64,000 bases of DNA from Deinococcales bacterium (GTDB taxonomy: Bacteria > Deinococcota > Deinococci > Deinococcales > JAAFIG01): NCBI GenBank assembly GCA_043778225.1, contig JAYWGM010000028.1, forward strand, positions 32,001 to 96,000, read 5' to 3'. The stretch's first letter is position 1. Every line of letters starts with the position of its first letter. The translations under genes were made by a program, and so were the position numbers. The notes beneath the pieces are model-generated. The model had not been told where the DNA came from, made no database searches, and saw nothing but the letters and a program-made list of their open reading frames with translations. Below, one piece after another: positions 57,289 through 64,000 of the stretch.

Positions 57289-59517
57289 ATGAAACTTTCG
57301 GAATTTAATCCCTTAACTTGGAAGCCCGAACGATGGGCAAGTTATGCACCGTTTGGTATTGGGCAGCAACGCCCGAATAATTATTTTGAGGTCTTTCGGG
57401 CAGCATGGGAATCCAAAGATAACCTAAGCTACGCTTGGAAAGTCCTGAATGAAGGTGTCTGTGATGGCTGCGCCCTTGGCACAAGTGGCTTAAAAGATTG
57501 GACTTTGGATGGCATTCATCTGTGTAATATCCGGTTGCGCTTGTTGCGCCTGAACACCATGCCCGCGCTCGAGACTGCCTGGCTTGAGGATATTTCGGCG
57601 CTTAGGGCGCTCTCGAGTCAAGAACTGCGCGACTTGGGCAGGTTGCCCTTTCCGATGCTCCGAAAACGTGGTGAGCGTGGTTTCTCGAGGATTTCTTGGG
57701 ATGACGCGCTCGACAAAATTGCGACAGCCATCAAACAAAGTTCGGCACGGCAGATGGGCTTTTTTTTGACTTCTCGAGGCATGACCAATGAAGGCTACTA
57801 TGCGGTGCAAAAAGCAGTGCGGGCGTTTGGCAGCAACAGCATCGACAATGCAGCACGGTTGTGCCACAGCCCGAGTACAGTCGCCCTCAAAGAAACGCTC
57901 GGTATTGCTGCCACAACCTGTTCGTACAGCGATTGGATTGGCTCAGAGGTAGTGGTTTTTATTGGCAGCAATGTGGCGACCAACCAACCCGTTGCCACCA
58001 AGTACCTGCACCATGCCAAAGTGGCTGGTACAAAAGTGGTCTGTGTCAATGCCTACCGTGAACCGGGGATGGAGCGCTATTGGGTTCCAAGTGCGCCCGA
58101 AAGTGCGGTTTTTGGCACAAAAATCACCGATGATTTTTACTTGGTCAACACGGGCGGCGATGCAGCCTTTTTGAGTGGAGTCCTGAAGCATATTTTGTCC
58201 TTAAAACTCGAGAATCAAGCCTTTATTGTAGCTCACACCAACGGCTTTGAAGCCTTACAAGCCCATTTAGAAGCCTTGGATTGGCTCGAACTCGAAACAC
58301 AAAGTGGCTCGAGTCAACAACAAATGCAAGCCCTAGGGCAGCAACTTGGAACTGCCAAGACTGGGGTGCTGGTCTGGAGCATGGGCGTGACGCAGCATTT
58401 GAGTGGCGAAGATACAGTACGGGCGATTGTCAATCTGGGTTTGGCACTTGGCTGGGTCGGGCGAGACCACTGTGGACTGATGCCGATTCGAGGACATTCG
58501 GGGGTGCAAGCTGGGGCAGAAATGGGGGCATACAGCACGATGCTGCCAAACGGCGCAACCCCAACCGAAGCCAATTATCTTGCACTCGAGGCGCAGTATG
58601 GTTTTGAACTAACTCGAGAAGTCGGGCTGACTGTGCCAGAAATGATTGATGCTGCTGCTTTCCAAAAACTCGATTTGCTGTTTGCGGTCGGTGGCAATTT
58701 TTTAGAAGTTTTACCCGACCCTACCTATGTGGCTCAGGCGCTCGAGCAAGTGCCATTGCGGGTGCATATGGATTTGGTTTTATCAAGTCAAATGCTTGTG
58801 GATGGCGAAGAAGTAATTGTACTGCCCGCCACCACCCGTTATGAAATTGCTGGCGGTGTGACCGAAACCAGCACCGAACGGCGGGTGATTTTTAGCCCAG
58901 AAATTATCGGGCATCGGATCCCCCAAGCCAAAAGCGAACTCGATGTCTTTATGGATTTAGCCCGCCGTGTGCGTCCAGAACTGAGTCAGTTACTCACTTT
59001 CTCGAGTACCGCCGCCATCCGTCAAGAAATTGCCAAAGTCATTCCAAGTTACGATGGCATTCAGCATCTGCAAAAACAAGGCGACCAATTCCAAATCGCG
59101 GGGCGGCACTTATGCCAAGATGGAATTTTTAAGACTCCAGACTCGAGGGGGCGCTTTAGTCTGGTACAACCCGTCAGCAGTGCCATTCCCGATGGGTATT
59201 TTCGACTCTCGACCCGACGCGGTAAGCAATTTAACAGCATGATTCACGAACAGAAGGACAGCATCAATGGAGCAAGCCGCGATGCGGTGCTGATCAACCC
59301 CTTGGATGCTGCCAAAATTGGGGTGCAAAATGGCGACGCGGTGCGGCTGACCTCGAGTTTTGGCAGTCTCGAGCTGCGGATTTGTTTTGCACCCGTCAAG
59401 CCAAGCAATCTGCAAGTGCATTTCCCAGAAGGCAATGTGCTGCTCGATAAAGCCAAGCGCTCGAGCCAAAGTCATATTCCCGATTACAATGCGCTGGTGC
59501 AAATTGAAGTGATTTGA
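57289..59517 (+). CDS. FdhF/YdeP family molybdopterin oxidoreductase
   Basis: CDGCALG, NAARLCHSPS, SMGVTQH, PIRGHSGVQ and TRRGKQFNS. Confidence 0.9.
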   Translation: MKLSEFNPLTWKPERWASYAPFGIGQQRPNNYFEVFRAAWESKDNLSYAWKVLNEGVCDGCALGTSGLKDWTLDGIHLCNIRLRLLRLNTMPALETAWLEDISALRALSSQELRDLGRLPFPMLRKRGERGFSRISWDDALDKIATAIKQSSARQMGFFLTSRGMTNEGYYAVQKAVRAFGSNSIDNAARLCHSPSTVALKETLGIAATTCSYSDWIGSEVVVFIGSNVATNQPVATKYLHHAKVAGTKVVCVNAYREPGMERYWVPSAPESAVFGTKITDDFYLVNTGGDAAFLSGVLKHILSLKLENQAFIVAHTNGFEALQAHLEALDWLELETQSGSSQQQMQALGQQLGTAKTGVLVWSMGVTQHLSGEDTVRAIVNLGLALGWVGRDHCGLMPIRGHSGVQAGAEMGAYSTMLPNGATPTEANYLALEAQYGFELTREVGLTVPEMIDAAAFQKLDLLFAVGGNFLEVLPDPTYVAQALEQVPLRVHMDLVLSSQMLVDGEEVIVLPATTRYEIAGGVTETSTERRVIFSPEIIGHRIPQAKSELDVFMDLARRVRPELSQLLTFSSTAAIRQEIAKVIPSYDGIQHLQKQGDQFQIAGRHLCQDGIFKTPDSRGRFSLVQPVSSAIPDGYFRLSTRRGKQFNSMIHEQKDSINGASRDAVLINPLDAAKIGVQNGDAVRLTSSFGSLELRICFAPVKPSNLQVHFPEGNVLLDKAKRSSQSHIPDYNALVQIEVI

Positions 59518-59673
59518 GGTTTGTATTCTAAAGTTTTCAGACTCGTACTCAAATTGAATTTTACTCGAGTAATTTTCTATTGTCTTTCACAGCTTGATTC
59601 GATTCAGGCAGCTTTCAGAGGGGTGCGCCTAAATTATATCCATCAGCGAAACAATCGCTTAAAGGAGTAATTT

Positions 59674-62499
59674 ATGAAAAATCTGATTCTCGGCTCGAGT
59701 CTTGTTGTTCTCACGGCAGCGTTGGCAAGTTGTAATCCAACCACCCCAGAAGTTCCGTTGGCAGCCCCACAAAATATCCTGACCATCCCGGACGATAAAA
59801 ACGTGACGGTACTTTGGGATGCGGTAGACGATGCTCGAGTGACTGGCTACAACGTTTATCAAGACGGTAAAAAAGTCAATGCCACGCCAATCGCCGCTAA
59901 ATCTCAAATCGTGCTTCAAGCCCTCAGCCCACGGCGTTTACAGTTTTTGGTCAGCAATGTCGCTAATCTTTCAAAATTCTCGGTGCGAGCCATCGGCACA
60001 AGCGGCGAAGGCACAACCAGTCCAGAATCGCCCAGTCGCCCAGTGGTTTGCTCGAGGTACTTGGTCAAAGGCACGGACATGGGCGCACAATCACAAAATG
60101 TCGGGCTGACTCGAGCCGCGACTGCCTTGGGTACTGCAACTGTGCGGGTCAACGGCACAAACATTCCATTTACGGGCAGTATTTTTCAAGGCAATTTACC
60201 GAGCAGTGTGGCAGTTGGCGCTAACCTCGAGATTTTAACCGCCGACGGCGATTGCTTGGTCTATGCCCGCGACACACTACCCGAGCAGCCCGTGGTGACT
60301 GCTCCAGCCGCCGCTATTAACGTCTCGAGCGCTGTGGCGCTGCCTGTTGCTTGGACGAGCGTCACCGACCCAGACCGCTTTGTGGTCTCGGCGACTTGGC
60401 TTGAGGGGAGTGGCGGCACAGGTTGGAATTCGGTAGATTTACTTGGCACAGCCAGAACTTTTAGCATCCCAGCCAACACCTTACCAAGCAACAAAAGCGT
60501 CAAAATTCGGGTTTATGCCTATAACGATGGCACAGAAACCTTTATTGGGGCTTTTGAGACTGGCTCGAGAATGGCAATTCGCAACGGCAACGAAACTGGC
60601 AAAGACATCACCACCACACCAGCCGCTACCGCCACCAATCCGGGGGTCAGTTGGGGCGACCCACACCTGATTACCTTCGATCAACTCGGCTACGAATTTC
60701 AATCGGTGGGCGAATATGACCTTGGTTTCTCGAGCGACAACAAACTGCGTGTCCAAGCGCGGCATCAACCTTGGGGCAGCAGCAGCTATGTCAGTGTCAA
60801 CACCGCAATCGCCACACAAATGAACGGTCAAAAAGTTGGTTTGTACTTAAATCCACCTGCCGGTCAAAGCCCATTGCGCCTTGGCAATACGGGAGTTCGC
60901 ACGGTTGTACCCGCCACTGGACTGGATTTAGGAGCAGGGTTCAAAGTCACCCTAGCTGGCTCGAGCTACACATTTAGCTACCCAGACGGCGACAAAATGG
61001 TGGTTGACATGGCTGGTAGCTACATCAATGTTAAAGTCTATCCAATCACAACTCGAGCGGGCAGCATGAAAGGTTTACTTGGTAACTTCGATGGCAACCT
61101 CAGCAACGAATTTATCAAGCGCGATGGTGGTGCTTTCCCACCGCTCACAACCCTTGCTTTAATCCAAGAATACGCCACTTCATGGAAAATCCCGACGGTT
61201 GCAGATTCACTGTTTGTCTACGATGGCACAGAAGCCTTTGGTGGTTTTAACAACGCCAGTTTCCCGAGTGCCACACCGCCAGCCGACCCAACCGCCTTTG
61301 CGGCTGCCCAAGCTGAATGCACCAGAGCAGGTGTGCAGCCAAAAAATATCGATGGTTGTGCCACCGATAAAACCCAGACTGGCAACAACGACTTTGTGAC
61401 TGGTGCAGCCACGATTCAACAACCCGCCGATGTGATTGCCGTGACACCAACTGCTAAACCCGATTTAATCATCCAAAGCGCGACCCTCAGCCTTGGCAAC
61501 GTCTGCCGCCCGTACAATACTTTTGTCAGTGGCAGCGTTGTGGTCAAAAATATCGGTGCTGCCACCGCCGCCGCTCGAGCCGATGTCGGTGTGGTGCAAC
61601 TGGTGGATGCTCGAGACGAACTGCTCGGGGCTGGCTACCGAGGCAACGGCGTGGGCATTCCAGAACTTGCTGCGGGTGCTTCGGCTACCGTGTCCGTCAA
61701 TATCTTCTATCCGATTAGCACCCCAGAAGACACCGAAGGGCTGCGTCAGTACATTGCTCGAGTAGACATTGGCAACTGGTACGACGAATCTGTAGAGACC
61801 AACAACCGTTTTGCCACGACCCTCGAGATAACCATTCCAAATGGACACTGCAAAAACCGTGTTGGGCTGATTCACGGTGTAACCACCAGCGCCGCCACCG
61901 CTTACAAAACGGGTTTAGAGAATAAAGGAATGCGCATTAGCCTACTGCCAATCTCTGGCTTAAACGCCAACAGCGCCGCCACCTTAGCCACTTACGATAT
62001 GCTGATGGTGGATACCAACACTGGCAATTTGAACACTTGGGAAGGCAGCAGCGATGTCCAAAACGCCATCCGCACGGCTGGTCGTCCACTACTTGGCATC
62101 GGTGAAGGTGGCTATGCCTACCTTGGCAAGTTCGGTTCGCCAATCGGCTGGGCAAATGCTTGGCACATCCCAACTGGCGCAACCAGCTTTGCGATTCCTA
62201 GTCCAGCCCACCCGACCAACAGTGGCATCTTCTCAATCATCAGCAGCGCTGGCAGTGTGACCGTCTCGAGCAGCAATATGCCCTACTTGGCAATTAACCT
62301 TCCACCCACAGTTGCCTCGACCCTACAATTGGTCGCCCGTCAACCAGACGATGCCACCCATTACATCAGCGTTCTCAACACCAAGCCAACCGCAACCACA
62401 GGCGCAACCGAAGCCATTTGGGGCTTTGACGGAATGCCGAGCTACACCGACAATGGGTGGAATGCACTGGCAAACTTAGGTTGGTTTATGCTCCCATAA
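59674..62499 (+). CDS. large lipoprotein with FN3-like, von Willebrand type D and CARDB-like domains
   Basis: Lipobox LASC; TGYNVYQDG; WGDPHLITFD and GLLGNFDG (VWD); KPDLII...VKNIG...ESVETNN (CARDB). Confidence 0.85.
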   Translation: MKNLILGSSLVVLTAALASCNPTTPEVPLAAPQNILTIPDDKNVTVLWDAVDDARVTGYNVYQDGKKVNATPIAAKSQIVLQALSPRRLQFLVSNVANLSKFSVRAIGTSGEGTTSPESPSRPVVCSRYLVKGTDMGAQSQNVGLTRAATALGTATVRVNGTNIPFTGSIFQGNLPSSVAVGANLEILTADGDCLVYARDTLPEQPVVTAPAAAINVSSAVALPVAWTSVTDPDRFVVSATWLEGSGGTGWNSVDLLGTARTFSIPANTLPSNKSVKIRVYAYNDGTETFIGAFETGSRMAIRNGNETGKDITTTPAATATNPGVSWGDPHLITFDQLGYEFQSVGEYDLGFSSDNKLRVQARHQPWGSSSYVSVNTAIATQMNGQKVGLYLNPPAGQSPLRLGNTGVRTVVPATGLDLGAGFKVTLAGSSYTFSYPDGDKMVVDMAGSYINVKVYPITTRAGSMKGLLGNFDGNLSNEFIKRDGGAFPPLTTLALIQEYATSWKIPTVADSLFVYDGTEAFGGFNNASFPSATPPADPTAFAAAQAECTRAGVQPKNIDGCATDKTQTGNNDFVTGAATIQQPADVIAVTPTAKPDLIIQSATLSLGNVCRPYNTFVSGSVVVKNIGAATAAARADVGVVQLVDARDELLGAGYRGNGVGIPELAAGASATVSVNIFYPISTPEDTEGLRQYIARVDIGNWYDESVETNNRFATTLEITIPNGHCKNRVGLIHGVTTSAATAYKTGLENKGMRISLLPISGLNANSAATLATYDMLMVDTNTGNLNTWEGSSDVQNAIRTAGRPLLGIGEGGYAYLGKFGSPIGWANAWHIPTGATSFAIPSPAHPTNSGIFSIISSAGSVTVSSSNMPYLAINLPPTVASTLQLVARQPDDATHYISVLNTKPTATTGATEAIWGFDGMPSYTDNGWNALANLGWFMLP

Positions 62500-62515
62500 G
62501 AAATAGTATCTCGAG

Positions 62516-62545
62516 AAAGCGTGACCAAATAGGTCACGCTTTTTC
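62516..62545. terminator. probable rho-independent terminator
   Basis: AAAGCGTGACC-AAATA-GGTCACGCTTT followed by a T-rich tail. Confidence 0.75.
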
Positions 62546-62890
62546 TTTGGAGAACGCGAGAATTTACGCTCGAGCGCTCCTCGTAATTCCTTGGCTTTCT
62601 CGAGTACCAATGTCTGCGCCTGTTCTAAACTCGTGCCATGGCTAAAGCCCTCACCTGCTAAATATGCTTTGCTGCGTTCATCATCTGGAATTAAAAAATG
62701 AATGTGCCAGTCTCCGCCTGTGGAACGGCTTTGCCCGCCTGTGCTGCGCTGTTTTTTTGTTTACGCCTTGAGGCATCTATTGGCTCGAGCCGCAAAAAAA
62801 CAATGTAATCCTCGAGTATCGCACGGTAAGAGGTGTCGTTATCCGTTTCTATTTCAGTCCACATCCTAAGACTTTACCGCAAGCCCTAAT

Positions 62891-64000
62891 TTAGTGCGCT
62901 GCGCCTGGTTGTTCGTCACGTAGGATTACTTTAGGCAGAAATATCGTGATGAAACAACCCAGTAAGGCAATCAAAACCGCAATTTGAAACATTTTTGAGA
63001 TGGCTAATGTAAATCCGTCTTTGAGCGCAATGCCAACTTGGTCAATGCTCTTAAACGCCAATACTTGCGCTTGGTTCAGTCCGTTTAGAGCAGCTTCTAA
63101 GGCGCTTCTGGTGGCTGTTTTTATAGCGCTGACTTCTCCACGCTCGAGTCCGTCGAGTGCAGATGTCAAGGCGGTTTGGGTAGCCGTTTTAATGGCTATT
63201 TTTTGGGCAGTCTCGAGTTGTGTTTTTATAGCACTCAGGGTTTGTGGTGCGCCTAAGGCTTGGAATGGAATGCGCTGTAAACCTATTCGCAGTTGCTCGG
63301 GTAATCTCGAGTCGTTTAGTAATCCCTGCCATGCTTGTGGGCTGCGGCTCGAGATGACGGCTTCTATGGCTTTGAGTTGGGCGTTGAAGCCAGTTGCGAT
63401 TTGGCTTTGAATACTGCCGTTTGCAAATCTGGTTTTGATTTCAGATGATGTATTCTGATCTTTTAATAAGGTGTTAATTGCCTTCTGGTCAGCGTTTTGA
63501 ATGGCTCGAGTGGTCAAGTCACGCTGAACCTTAAATACTTGGCTGATTTGATTTTGAATGCTGCCTTGTGCAAATCTTTCTTTGGTTTCTGGTGGTGTAT
63601 TCTGGTCAGCCATTAACGTGGCAATGGCTTTAATATCTCCATTTTGAATCGCAGCCGTAACTAAGGTTTTTTGCAACTCGAGGTTGGTGGCAATTTCGCG
63701 TTTGATGGTTTCTGGTTCAAATTTTGTAACACTTGCACCTTTGCCTCCGCCCGAGCCTGTGTTGGCAAATTGGGCTTTGAGGTTGGCTGGTAAGGCTGCG
63801 GTAGCTGCCTCAAGTCGTGGTTGTAATTCTTTGGTGATGCCGTCTGCAAAAACACTTCCTAAAACTGCCAGTCCAATGGTTAAGCCGATTTGTCTAAAAA
63901 AACCATTTGCTCCTGTTGCCTCACCTATTCTCGAGGGTTCGACAGCGCTTTGGACAGCCAGTGTAAACAATGGAATGGCTGGTCCTAGTCCAAATCCGAG
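62891..64000 (-). CDS. DHA2-type MFS drug transporter, C-terminal part (5' end outside the window)
   Basis: LAVQSAV...IGEATG...FFRQIG..IGLAVLG motif, large loop, final TM. Confidence 0.85.
   Translation of the reverse strand, partial: LGFGLGPAIPLFTLAVQSAVEPSRIGEATGANGFFRQIGLTIGLAVLGSVFADGITKELQPRLEAATAALPANLKAQFANTGSGGGKGASVTKFEPETIKREIATNLELQKTLVTAAIQNGDIKAIATLMADQNTPPETKERFAQGSIQNQISQVFKVQRDLTTRAIQNADQKAINTLLKDQNTSSEIKTRFANGSIQSQIATGFNAQLKAIEAVISSRSPQAWQGLLNDSRLPEQLRIGLQRIPFQALGAPQTLSAIKTQLETAQKIAIKTATQTALTSALDGLERGEVSAIKTATRSALEAALNGLNQAQVLAFKSIDQVGIALKDGFTLAISKMFQIAVLIALLGCFITIFLPKVILRDEQPGAAH

Noticed and set aside
54775..59517. Functional link between csaB, the HRDC fusion and the FdhF-like gene
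   Set aside because: Only adjacency supports it; no shared pathway is evident from sequence.

Overview
This looks like chromosomal DNA from a member of Deinococcota, probably Deinococcales. That is inferred from nurA-herA, a DR2444-like PLP-fold/HRDC fusion, csaB and many leaderless -10 promoters. The palindrome CTCGAG is strongly over-represented. Positions 200-8575 hold a respiratory operon that joins a cbb3 oxidase to a Rieske protein, two asymmetric cytochromes b and an MvhD-like Fe-S protein. One cytochrome b lacks both heme bH ligands; the other lacks the Qo motif and is fused to a ferredoxin. The most unusual feature is the long 5' region of a slipin (SPFH) gene at 13464-14150 on the minus strand. 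It contains three abutting tRNA-like modules, each with a hairpin in place of the anticodon loop. It also carries three copies of a 37-38 nt structured element: one interrupts an otherwise canonical anticodon loop and one is nested inside another copy. The rest is housekeeping and accessory genes (recQ, pyrF, clpS, cfa, lpdA, ade, pcp, mtnN, two toxin-antitoxin pairs, secreted proteases and lipoproteins), a complete IS605-family element whose ends and TTTAT target can be reconstructed, and a deleted dgdA-like remnant. All calls come from reading motifs by eye; no searches were run.
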